Positions 46,132 through 55,002 of a DNA stretch of 64,000 nt are shown here, in pieces. Position 1 is the stretch's first letter; every line of letters begins with the position of its first letter. Origin of the DNA: Collinsella sp. Lineage in GTDB: Bacteria > Actinomycetota > Coriobacteriia > Coriobacteriales > Coriobacteriaceae. Position numbers and translations under genes: made by a program. The notes beneath the pieces were generated by a model, which did no database searches, had not been told where the DNA came from, and worked only from the letters and a program-made list of their open reading frames with translations. Location: contig JAUMPM010000067.1 of assembly GCA_031294825.1 (NCBI GenBank), positions 24,201 to 88,200 of the forward strand, written 5' to 3'.

Positions 46132-47853
46132 ATGACTCGAGCAATGTATATGTCTAAGCTCTATGCGCCGACGCTTAAAGAGGATCCGGCGGACGCTGAG
46201 CTCGCCAGCCACCGCCTGCTGCTCCGTGCCGGCATGATCCGCAAGGAGGCCGCCGGTCTGTATTCTTATCTGCCGCTCGCATGGCGCTCGATCCGCAAGA
46301 TCGAGAACATCGTGCGCGACGAGATGGATGCTGCCGGCGCCCAGGAGCTTATGATGCCTATCATGGTCGATGCCGAGCTGTGGCGTGAGTCCGGCCGTAT
46401 CGATGCCTATGGCAAGGAGCTTGTGCGCTTTGACGACCGTCATGGTCGCGAGTTCGTCCTGGGCCCCACGCACGAGGAGACCGTCACGGCCCTGGTGCGC
46501 AACGAGCTGCGCTCCTACAAACAGCTGCCCGTCAACCTGTACCACATCCAGGATAAGTTCCGCGACGAGTTCCGTCCCCGCTTTGGCCTGATGCGCGGCC
46601 GTGAGTTCATCATGAAGGACGCCTACAGCTTCTCTGCCACGCAGGAGAGTCTGCAGGAGGAGTACGACAAGATGAAGCAGGCCTACGCCAACATCTGTGA
46701 GCGCTGCTACATCAAGGCCCTGCCCGTTGTCGCCGACTCCGGCGAGATCGGTGGCGATACCTCCGTCGAGTACATGGCTTTGGCCGACGCCGGCGAGGCT
46801 TCGCTCGTCTACTGCGATGATTGCGGCTTCGCCGCCGACGATGAGGCTGCAAGCACCAAGGTCATCGTGACCGAGGGTCCTGGCGACGGTACGCTTACCA
46901 AGGTCGAGACTCCGGGCATGGGCACCATCGAGGCTGTTGCTAAGTTCTTTGGGTTCCCCGAGAACGGCACGCGAAAGTCGCTGGCGCTCATCGACGCCGA
47001 GGGCAAGCCGGTCGTGGCCATTGTCCCGGGCGACCACGAGCTCAACGATTGCAAGGCCGAGCATGTCTTTGGCAAGGGCTATCGCATGATGACCGACGAG
47101 GAGCTCCAGACCTACGGTCTGCATAAGGGCTTTATCGGACCGGTTAACTTGCCCGAGGGCATCCGCCTGGTGTGCGACGAGAGCCTGCGTGAGTCCAAGC
47201 AGTGGGCCTGCGGCGCCAACGAGGTCGACTATCACTTTACCGGTGCCTGCCCCGAGCGTGACTTTACCGTCGACGAGTGGGCCGACCTGGTCACCGTCGT
47301 GGCCGGCGATCCTTGCCCACACTGCGGCAAGCCCCTCTCCGCTGCTCGCGGTATCGAGGTCTCCCAGGTCTTCCAGCTGGGCACCAAGTATTCCGAGGCC
47401 ATGGGTGCCACCTTTATGGATGAGGACGGCAAGGAGAAGCCGCTTATCATGGGTTGCTACGGCGTTGGTGTGTCCCGCTCGCTTGCTGCCGTCGTGGAGC
47501 AGCACAACGACGAGCACGGCATCGTCTGGCCGGTCTCCGTTGCCCCGTACGAGGTCGCGGTGATTCCGCTCGATCCCAAGAAGGAAGAGTGCGCTACCGT
47601 CTGCGAGCAGATCGTTGATGGCCTGTGTGCCGAGGGTATCGAGGTCGTCGTCGACGATCGCGATGAGCGTCCGGGCTTTAAGTTTGCCGATAACGACCTC
47701 ATGGGCTTCCCGTATCAGGTGGTTTTGGGCAAGCGCGGCCTTAAGAATGGCACCGTTGAGCTCAAGGACCGTTCCACGGGCGAGCGCGAGGACGTGGCGA
47801 TCGACGAGGTCGTCGCCAAGGTTGCCGAGCTTGTTAAGGCGGCTCGCCGTTAA
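46132..47853 (+). CDS. proS: Proline--tRNA ligase (bacterial type with editing insertion)
   Basis: YAPTLKEDPADAE..SH.LLLRAG.IR, FRDE.RPRFGL.R.REF.MKD, GCYGVGVSR class II motifs. Confidence 0.95.
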   Translation: MTRAMYMSKLYAPTLKEDPADAELASHRLLLRAGMIRKEAAGLYSYLPLAWRSIRKIENIVRDEMDAAGAQELMMPIMVDAELWRESGRIDAYGKELVRFDDRHGREFVLGPTHEETVTALVRNELRSYKQLPVNLYHIQDKFRDEFRPRFGLMRGREFIMKDAYSFSATQESLQEEYDKMKQAYANICERCYIKALPVVADSGEIGGDTSVEYMALADAGEASLVYCDDCGFAADDEAASTKVIVTEGPGDGTLTKVETPGMGTIEAVAKFFGFPENGTRKSLALIDAEGKPVVAIVPGDHELNDCKAEHVFGKGYRMMTDEELQTYGLHKGFIGPVNLPEGIRLVCDESLRESKQWACGANEVDYHFTGACPERDFTVDEWADLVTVVAGDPCPHCGKPLSAARGIEVSQVFQLGTKYSEAMGATFMDEDGKEKPLIMGCYGVGVSRSLAAVVEQHNDEHGIVWPVSVAPYEVAVIPLDPKKEECATVCEQIVDGLCAEGIEVVVDDRDERPGFKFADNDLMGFPYQVVLGKRGLKNGTVELKDRSTGEREDVAIDEVVAKVAELVKAARR

Positions 47854-47884
47854 TCGACGATTTCGCTTGTAGTTCGATATACGG

Positions 47885-47932
47885 GACGGCCCCGCATTTC
47901 TCCAGATAGGGGAGATGCGGGGCCGTCATTTT
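47885..47932 (+). terminator. Rho-independent terminator after proS
   Basis: GACGGCCCCGCAT(T)TCTCC / GGAGATGCGGGGCCGTC long stem with one bulged T, followed by ATTTT. Confidence 0.75.
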
Positions 47933-47962
47933 ACCTTGCCTGCGTGCTCAATCGCTAAAAGG

Positions 47963-47995
47963 AAAACCCCACAGCCCATATGAGCTGCGGGGTTT
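47963..47995 (-). terminator. Terminator for the convergent minus-strand kinase gene (A-tract/T-tract flanked, potentially bidirectional)
   Basis: AAAACCCCACAGC ... GCTGCGGGGTTTT arms (1 mismatch). On the minus strand the stem is followed by TTTTCCTTTT. Confidence 0.65.
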
Positions 47996-48031
47996 TCTTG
48001 TGCCTCCGATGCGAAATAAATCGCTCAGATA

Positions 48032-48796
48032 TTACTGATAATCGACGACGTCGATCCAGTTCTTAAGGAACTCATCGTTCACGTTGCGCTTACGAGCGAG
48101 CTCGGAAGCGGCGACGATGCTCGTCCACTGACGCACGACCTGCATGGGCATGTCGGCGCGGTCGCAGTAGAGCTCCAGGTAGGCCTCGGCCTGGTCCTTG
48201 CTGTTGAGGGCAAAGAGCAGGTAGGTGGTGGCAACGTCGGCAGCAGGGGAGCCCTGGGTAGCGTGTGCCCAGTCGCACACATAGAGCTGGCCGTCGTCGC
48301 CGACGATGACGTTGGAGGGGTTGAAGTCGCCGTGGCAGACCTTGAACTCCTTAGTCATGCCGTCCAGACGCTCCTGAAGGTTGTAGCGCGTGGTGGCATT
48401 GAGCTGATCAAGGCTGTCGATCATGCGGGCGAACTTGTCGCGCTGACGGTTGAGCAGCGGGGAGGTGTAGCCGTGGATCTCGATCTGGAGGTCGACGAAC
48501 ATCTCGAGGTACTCACCAAAGCGCTGGGGCTCGGCAGTCATCTTCTCGGCAAGGGTGGTGCCCGGAACCTTCTCGGTCACGAGCGCCCAGCCGTTGGCGT
48601 TCTCGAGCTGGGAAACCTCGAGCGCCTTGGGGCTGCGGATGCCGCACTCATTGATGCGGGCAAGATTCAAAGCCTCGTTGAACACGTCGGAGACAGGCTT
48701 GGTCTCGTTAAAGACCTTGACGATCTTGTCGCCCAGGTCGTAAACGACCTTGTTGCCACGGCGGACGAGCTCGGTCTTGGAATCGGGTAGCAGCAT
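48032..48796 (-). CDS. Small APH/choline-kinase-like phosphotransferase family protein, substrate unknown
   Basis: Brenner-type catalytic loop CHGDFNPSNVIV and downstream VCDWAH (metal-binding D); N-terminal K in VKVF. Confidence 0.8.
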   Translation of the reverse strand: MLLPDSKTELVRRGNKVVYDLGDKIVKVFNETKPVSDVFNEALNLARINECGIRSPKALEVSQLENANGWALVTEKVPGTTLAEKMTAEPQRFGEYLEMFVDLQIEIHGYTSPLLNRQRDKFARMIDSLDQLNATTRYNLQERLDGMTKEFKVCHGDFNPSNVIVGDDGQLYVCDWAHATQGSPAADVATTYLLFALNSKDQAEAYLELYCDRADMPMQVVRQWTSIVAASELARKRNVNDEFLKNWIDVVDYQ

Positions 48797-48828
48797 GGTT
48801 GCATCCTTTCAACGATGCGATAGAAGCG

Positions 48829-48867
48829 ACGGCGGGGGTGTGTGAAACACCCGTGCACCCCCGCCGT
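48829..48867 (-). other. Strong GC stem-loop between adhE and the kinase gene (no 3' U-tract on the transcribed strand)
   Basis: Perfect 12-bp stem ACGGCGGGGGTG/CACCCCCGCCGT with a 15-nt loop. Confidence 0.5.
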
Positions 48868-48884
48868 TAAAAACCGTGCTAAAA

Positions 48885-51533
48885 CTAGCAGACGGCGTAG
48901 TCCTGGGGCTCGCGGCCGTAGTAGGCGTCCAGGTAGAGCTCCTTGATCTCGCTCATGAGCGGGTAGCGCGGGTTAGCGCCGGTGCACTGGTCGTTGAATG
49001 CCTGCTCGGTCATCTCGTCGAGGGTGTCGAGGAAGTACTGCTCGTCAACACCGTAGTCGGCGATGGTCTTCTTGACGCCGATGAAGTCCTTGAGCTCCTC
49101 GAGCTTCGTGATGAAGTTCTCGAAGACCTCCTTGTCGTCCTTGCCCTCGATGCCGCAGTACTTGGCCATCTCGGCGTAGTTGTGCAGCGCGTTGGGGTAA
49201 GGATACTGGGAGAAGGTACCCATCTTGACGGGAGCCTCGGCGGCGTTGTAGCGCATGACGCGGGTCAGGATGACGGCGTTTGCGAGGCCGTGAGGCAGGT
49301 GATGGAAAGCGCCGAGCTTGTGGGCCATGGAGTGGTTGAGGCCCAGGAAGGCGTTGGCGAAGGCCATACCGGCCATGCAGGAGGCGTTGTGCATCTCCTC
49401 GCGGGCATGCGGGTCCTTGGCGCCGTTCGTGAAGCTGGAGGGCAGGTTCTCGAAGACGAGCTTAGCAGCGCGCTCGGAGAGGCCCTTGGTGTAGTCGGAA
49501 GCCATGATGGAGACGTAGGACTCGATGGCGTGGGTCATGACGTCGATGCCGGAGGCAGCGGTCAGGCCGCGCGGGGCGGTCATGCAGTTGTCGGCGTCGA
49601 CGATAGCCATGTTGGGGAGCAGCGCGTAGTCGGCGAGCGGCCACTTGATGCCGGTCTCCTTGTCGGTGATGATGGCGAACGGCGTGCACTCGGAACCGGT
49701 GCCCGAAGAGGTCGGGACGGCGACGAAGTAGGCCTTCTTGCCCATCTCGGGGAAGGTGAAGATACGCTTGCGGATGTCCATGAAGTCCATGGCCATGTCC
49801 TCAAACTTGCACTCGGGGTGCTCGTACATCATCCACATAATCTTGCCGGCGTCCATAGCGGAGCCACCGCCGACGGCGATGATGACGTCCGGCTCAAAGA
49901 GAGCCATCTGCTTGGCGCCGCGACGTGCGCACTGCAGCGACGGATCGGGCTCGACGTCGTAGAAGCAGTCGTGGGCGATGCCCATCTCGTCGAGCTTGGC
50001 CTCGATGGCGCGGGTGTTGCCATTCTTGAAGAGGAACTGGTCGGTGACGATGAAGGCGCGCTTCTTGCCCATGACGTTGCCCAGCTCGTCGAGGGCGACG
50101 GGCGTGGAACCCTTCTTGAAGTAGACCTTCTCGGGAGCGCGGAACCACAGCATGTTCTCACGGCGCTCGGCCACAGTCTTAACGTTGATCAAGTGCTTCA
50201 CCCCAACGTTCTCGGAGACGGAGTTGCCGCCCCAGGAGCCGCAGCCCAGGGTCAGAGACGGCTTCATGCCAAAGTTGTACAGGTCACCGATGCCACCGTG
50301 CGAGGACGGGGTGTTGATGACGATGCGGCAGGCCTTCATGACGTGCTCGAACAGGCTGATCTTCTCGGCCTGGGCGGGGTGCACGTACAGAGAGGCGGTG
50401 TGGCCCGGGCCACCGGCGAGCACCAGGTGCTCAGCCTTGTCGACGGCCTCCTGGAAGTCCTTGGCGTGGTACATGGCCAGGACCGGGGAGAGCTTCTCGT
50501 GGGAGAACTCCTCCTTGGCGGGGTCGGTGGAGGTGACCTCGGCGATCAGGATCTTGGTCTTGGCGGGAACCTCGATGCCGGCGAGCTCGGCGATCTTGGC
50601 GGCAGCCATGCCGGGGATGCGGTGGTCGAGGGCGCCGTTCTTGAACATGGCGGCACGCAGGGCCTCCATCTCGGCACCCTGCTTGACGAAGTAGCAGCCG
50701 CGCTTCTGGAACTCGGCCTTGACCTGGTCATAGATGGTGTCGATGACGGTCACGGACTGCTCGGAAGCGCAGATCATGCCGTTGTCGAAGGTCTTGGAGT
50801 GGATGATGGAGTTGACGGCGAGCAGCACGTCGGCGGTGTCGTCGATGATGACCGGGGTGTTACCGGCGCCAACGCCCAGGGCGGGCTTGCCCGAGGAGTA
50901 GGCGGCCTTGACCATGCCCGGGCCACCGGTGGCGAGGATGATGTCGACGTCGCGCATGACCATGTTGGTCAGCTCGATGGAGGGGACATCGACCCAGCCG
51001 ATGATGCCCTCGGGGGCGCCGGCCTTGACGGCGGCGTCAAGCACGAGCTTGGCGGCGGCGATGGTGCACTTGGCGGCTGCCGGGTGCGGGGAGATGATGA
51101 TACCGTTGCGGGTCTTCAGGCTGATCAGCGTCTTGAAGATCGCGGTGGAGGTGGGGTTGGTCGTCGGGATGACGGCGCCCACGATGCCGATGGGCTCGGC
51201 GATCTTGGTGATGCCGTAAGCCTCGTCGCGCTCCAGAACGCCGCAGGTCTTGGTGTTCTTGTAAGCGTTGTAGATGTACTCTGCGGCGTAGTGGTTCTTG
51301 ATGACCTTGTCCTCAAGAACGCCGCGGCCGGTCTCCTCGATGGCCATCTTCGCCAACGGGATACGAGCCTTGTTGGCGGCCATGGCGGCCTCATAGAAGA
51401 TCTTGTCGACCTGCTCCTGCGTGTACGTAGCAAAAAGCGCCTGGGCCTCTCGCATCTGAGCGAGCTTAGCCTCAAGCGCCTCTACGTTGTCCACAATTGC
51501 GGGAGTAGTGTTTTCCGGTGACTTTTTCACCAT
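48885..51533 (-). CDS. adhE: Bifunctional acetaldehyde-CoA / alcohol dehydrogenase
   Basis: 882 aa. N-terminal ALDH domain (ICASEQS catalytic Cys) and C-terminal Fe-ADH domain (GGGSAMDAGK, His-rich metal site HSMAHKLGAFHHLPHG). Confidence 0.96.
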   Translation of the reverse strand: MVKKSPENTTPAIVDNVEALEAKLAQMREAQALFATYTQEQVDKIFYEAAMAANKARIPLAKMAIEETGRGVLEDKVIKNHYAAEYIYNAYKNTKTCGVLERDEAYGITKIAEPIGIVGAVIPTTNPTSTAIFKTLISLKTRNGIIISPHPAAAKCTIAAAKLVLDAAVKAGAPEGIIGWVDVPSIELTNMVMRDVDIILATGGPGMVKAAYSSGKPALGVGAGNTPVIIDDTADVLLAVNSIIHSKTFDNGMICASEQSVTVIDTIYDQVKAEFQKRGCYFVKQGAEMEALRAAMFKNGALDHRIPGMAAAKIAELAGIEVPAKTKILIAEVTSTDPAKEEFSHEKLSPVLAMYHAKDFQEAVDKAEHLVLAGGPGHTASLYVHPAQAEKISLFEHVMKACRIVINTPSSHGGIGDLYNFGMKPSLTLGCGSWGGNSVSENVGVKHLINVKTVAERRENMLWFRAPEKVYFKKGSTPVALDELGNVMGKKRAFIVTDQFLFKNGNTRAIEAKLDEMGIAHDCFYDVEPDPSLQCARRGAKQMALFEPDVIIAVGGGSAMDAGKIMWMMYEHPECKFEDMAMDFMDIRKRIFTFPEMGKKAYFVAVPTSSGTGSECTPFAIITDKETGIKWPLADYALLPNMAIVDADNCMTAPRGLTAASGIDVMTHAIESYVSIMASDYTKGLSERAAKLVFENLPSSFTNGAKDPHAREEMHNASCMAGMAFANAFLGLNHSMAHKLGAFHHLPHGLANAVILTRVMRYNAAEAPVKMGTFSQYPYPNALHNYAEMAKYCGIEGKDDKEVFENFITKLEELKDFIGVKKTIADYGVDEQYFLDTLDEMTEQAFNDQCTGANPRYPLMSEIKELYLDAYYGREPQDYAVC

Positions 51534-51626
51534 TTGTGTCTCCTTGCGATCGGAGATTTACCCTACGCCTTGCATGATAGCAATAAATTATTCGGTGAAC
51601 GGTCAGATTCCTGTAAAAGGCACACT

Positions 51627-51654
51627 AAAACGCTTCAATAAACTGAAGCGTTTT
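51627..51654. terminator. Bidirectional terminator-like hairpin between the RAYT element and the adhE promoter region
   Basis: Perfect 11-bp stem AAAACGCTTCA/TGAAGCGTTTT with ATAAAC loop; the A4/T4 flanks make it symmetric. Confidence 0.6.
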
Positions 51655-51686
51655 AACTAAAACTATTTGCATGCTCCAACGCCCTG

Positions 51687-51740
51687 CTCATTGGGGACAG
51701 ACTTACATCAGTGCTTTCACTCATTTGGGACAGACATTGA
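51687..51740 (+). repeat. Left pair of REP-like repeats (two direct copies)
   Basis: CTCATTGGGGACAGACTTACAT (51687-51708) and CTCATTTGGGACAGAC (51720-51735). A partial third copy, CACTCATTGG, lies at 51774-51783. Confidence 0.8.
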
Positions 51741-51865
51741 TTTGTCATTTTGCCGTTCTTGGCCTCTTATTGCCACTCATTGGATATAAATAGGTTACAG
51801 GCTCAGCATTTCGCGTTGCTTCTCTCCTTTTAGGTGTTGCCTGTACAGCTTTGAAAGGAGAGATT

Positions 51866-52642
51866 ATGCCCCGATGCGCCCGCGCCGTTTCGATCACCGG
51901 CTATTACCACGTCTTTGACCGCGGCAACTCCAAACAGATTATTTTTGAAGATGACTCCGACCGCTATCGTTTCTTGTCGGATATTTCGGACAGGTTTGCA
52001 CGCCATGAGGTGGCGGTGTTGGCTTGGTGCCTTATGGACAATCACTTCCATTTGATGGTTGATGATCCACTTGACAATCTTTCAAAGGCTATGCAGTGCG
52101 CATTGACGGCGTATGCTAAGTATTTCAATGGGAAAACGGGGAGAACGGGGCATCTGTTTGACAATCGCTATTCGCGGGTCGCGGTTGAGTCGGACACGCA
52201 GGCGGTGCAGCTGCTCGATTATATCCATCTCAATCCCGTGAAAGGTGCGCTCGACTCGCTCGAGGCGTACCGCTGGTCAAGCTTTAGGGCATACCAGCTG
52301 GGCTACGATCCCTTTGACATCTGTGACGTGGCCCCTATGCTCGATATTGTCGGGGGGTCTCGTCGCTATTGTGAGCATCTTAAGGAAGTTGCCGGGCGGA
52401 TCTGGTCAGTTGAGATTCTTCCACGCCGACGGATCCTCGATGAGGATGCTCTTTCCGTTGCGCGCGAAGTCCTTCCGAGCATAGATCCTGCGCTGCTCAA
52501 GGCCCTGCCACGCCCCGATCGTGATGCGTGTCTGCTGAGGCTTAGGCGGGCACATCTCACGGTCAAGCAAATTGCCCGTATCACCGGCATCGGCGCTACA
52601 AGCGTAACCAAGGCCACCGCGGGCTGGAACGAGGCGGCGTGA
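51866..52642 (+). CDS. IS200/Y1-like HUH tyrosine transposase of the REP-associated (RAYT) type with C-terminal HTH-like extension
   Basis: GYYHVFDRGN, CLMDNHFHLMV (HUH), GHLFDNRY, LLDYIHLNPVKG..YRWSS, and C-terminal LTVKQIARITGIGATSV. ATG at 51866 follows AAAGGAGAG. Confidence 0.85.
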   Translation: MPRCARAVSITGYYHVFDRGNSKQIIFEDDSDRYRFLSDISDRFARHEVAVLAWCLMDNHFHLMVDDPLDNLSKAMQCALTAYAKYFNGKTGRTGHLFDNRYSRVAVESDTQAVQLLDYIHLNPVKGALDSLEAYRWSSFRAYQLGYDPFDICDVAPMLDIVGGSRRYCEHLKEVAGRIWSVEILPRRRILDEDALSVAREVLPSIDPALLKALPRPDRDACLLRLRRAHLTVKQIARITGIGATSVTKATAGWNEAA

Positions 52643-52677
52643 GGCAGGGGCCGAACCGCTGCTGGCATGCGTTACGC

Positions 52678-52724
52678 CTGTCCCCAATGCGTGAAAACAC
52701 TCATGTAAGTCTGTCCCCAATGAG
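52678..52724 (-). repeat. Right pair of REP-like repeats (inverted relative to the left pair)
   Basis: CTGTCCCCAATGC (52678-52690) and ATGTAAGTCTGTCCCCAATGAG (52703-52724). Confidence 0.8.
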
Positions 52725-52727
52725 TGC

Positions 52728-52760
52728 AAAAAGGCGCCCTCCGTAGGGGAGGGCGCCTTT
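52728..52760. terminator. Bidirectional rho-independent terminator (serves rpmB on the minus strand and the transposase on the plus strand)
   Basis: AAAAA-GGCGCCCTCC-GTAGG-GGAGGGCGCC-TTT: perfect 10-bp GC stem with A and T flanks. Confidence 0.8.
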
Positions 52761-52828
52761 GGTAAGTTCTATGTGAACGCGAGGTCTTTGACCCGGAGAG
52801 TCCGAGGTACTTGTTGGTAAGACCTTAT

Positions 52829-53017
52829 TTAGGAGCGCGCAACCTTGCCGGACTTGAGGCAGGTGGAGCAAACGTTCATCTTGCGACGGTGACCATCGAC
52901 GACGACGTAGACGCGCTGGATGTTGGGGCGGAACTTACGGTTGGTGACGCGGTGAGAGTGGCTGATGGAGCGACCGGCAACGGGGTGCTTACCGCAAACT
53001 TCGCAAACTTTGGACAT
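52829..53017 (-). CDS. rpmB: 50S ribosomal protein L28
   Basis: MSKVCEVCGKHPVAGRSISHSHRVTNRKFRPNIQRV canonical L28; the upstream in-frame extension of the ORF is not needed. Confidence 0.95.
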   Translation of the reverse strand: MSKVCEVCGKHPVAGRSISHSHRVTNRKFRPNIQRVYVVVDGHRRKMNVCSTCLKSGKVARS

Positions 53018-53359
53018 AACTGACCCTCCTTGGGCGACAAACGAACATGTCGCGTTAACAAACAAGCCTGAACTATAGCACAGAAGCAGCTCCCTGTGCG
53101 TAATCTACACAGAGATATTTCTCTTTTGGCGATAGTGCTCACGCCACGGCCCTGGACGTAGATCCGATTTGCGTGCAGCAGAGGGGATTATGCCAGCTCG
53201 TGCGTGCGTTTTCAAGCTCGTCCCACAAATATATATAGGTTTATTGAGCATTGGGCTCCGTTTACGGATTGCTCTGTATTTATGCTCGCAATTAAGTTCG
53301 AGGTTGGCTACACTATCCCTTGACCATTAAAGGGGTACGAGATACCCACATGGAATTAC

Positions 53360-54053
<694 letters not shown>

Positions 54054-54057
54054 TACC

Positions 54058-55002
54058 GTGGCGTTCAACCATAAGCACCTGATCGACATTACCGAGTACT
54101 CCGAAGAGGACATCAAGCTCATCCTCGAGACCGCCAAGGCGTTCTCCGAGGTCAACGAGCGTGCGATCAAGAAGGTCCCCACGCTCAAGGGCAAGACCAT
54201 CGTCAATATGTTCAACGAGCCCTCGACGCGTACCCGCAGCTCTTTCGAACTCGCTGAGAAGCGTCTTTCGGCCGACAGCCTCAACTTTGGCGGCTCCTCG
54301 ACCTCCACGGTCAAGGGCGAGAGCCTCGTTGACACCGTCGAGACCCTCAACGCCTATAAGATCGACTGCATCGTCGTGCGCGACAAGCACGCCGGCGCTC
54401 CCTACATCGTCACGCAGAACTCGCCCGCGAGCGTCATCTGCGCCGGTGACGGCAAGCACAACCACCCCACACAGGCCCTGCTCGACCTGTACACCATCTG
54501 GGAGCACAAGGGTGACTTCCACGGTCTGAAGGTCGCCGTCGTCGGCGATATCGCCCACTCCCGCGTCTGCGGCTCGCTGATCCCCGCGTTGAAGATCATG
54601 GGCTGCGAGACCTACGCCGTCGCCCCCGGTACGCTGCTGCCGCCGGCGCCCGAGGTCCTGGGCTGCGACCACGTGACGAGCGACCTCGATTCCGTCCTGC
54701 CCGAGCTGGACGTCGTCTACATGCTGCGCGTGCAGCAGGAGCGCCTCGAGGGTGCCCCGTTCCCCACGATTCGTGAGTACCACAAGCTCTTCGGCCTGAC
54801 CAAGGACCGCGAGAAGCTCATGAAGCCCGATGCGATCATCTGCCACCCGGGCCCCATCAACCGCGGCGTCGAGTTCGACTCCTATATGGCCGACCACCCG
54901 CAACGCTCCGTCATCCTGGAGCAGGTCTACGCCGGTATCTGCGTGCGTATGGCTATCCTGTATCTGCTGCTTGGAGGTGCCGATAATGGCCTTGCTTCTT
55001 AA
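54058..55002 (+). CDS. pyrB: Aspartate carbamoyltransferase catalytic subunit
   Basis: FNEPSTRTRSSFE, HPTQALLD, HPGPINRG motifs. GTG at 54058 lies 11 nt after GGGAGG; GTG at 54046 is an alternative. Confidence 0.95.
   Translation: MAFNHKHLIDITEYSEEDIKLILETAKAFSEVNERAIKKVPTLKGKTIVNMFNEPSTRTRSSFELAEKRLSADSLNFGGSSTSTVKGESLVDTVETLNAYKIDCIVVRDKHAGAPYIVTQNSPASVICAGDGKHNHPTQALLDLYTIWEHKGDFHGLKVAVVGDIAHSRVCGSLIPALKIMGCETYAVAPGTLLPPAPEVLGCDHVTSDLDSVLPELDVVYMLRVQQERLEGAPFPTIREYHKLFGLTKDREKLMKPDAIICHPGPINRGVEFDSYMADHPQRSVILEQVYAGICVRMAILYLLLGGADNGLAS

Larger units (their letters stand above)
51687..52724 (+). mobile_element. RAYT/REP-type unit: Y1 HUH transposase gene flanked by inverted REP-like repeats
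   Basis: A 22-nt perfect inverted match (51687-51708 vs 52703-52724), a second degenerate copy on each side, a local GC drop, and hairpin insulators on both sides. Confidence 0.7.

Noticed and set aside
48876-51521. 881-aa ORF on the + strand almost exactly mirroring adhE. Similar giant antisense ORFs lie at 12891-14705 (604 aa), 23981-26980 (999 aa), 27913-29724 (603 aa) and 45055-47517 (820 aa).
   Set aside because: These are shadow ORFs typical of high-GC3 genomes, where the reverse complement of strongly biased codons rarely yields stops. Their translations are low-complexity (Gly/Ala/Val/Asp/Leu/His-rich) with no recognisable motifs, no RBS and no independent gaps. The sense-strand genes are unambiguous (adhE, radical SAM, glyS, ppdK, ispG/proS).
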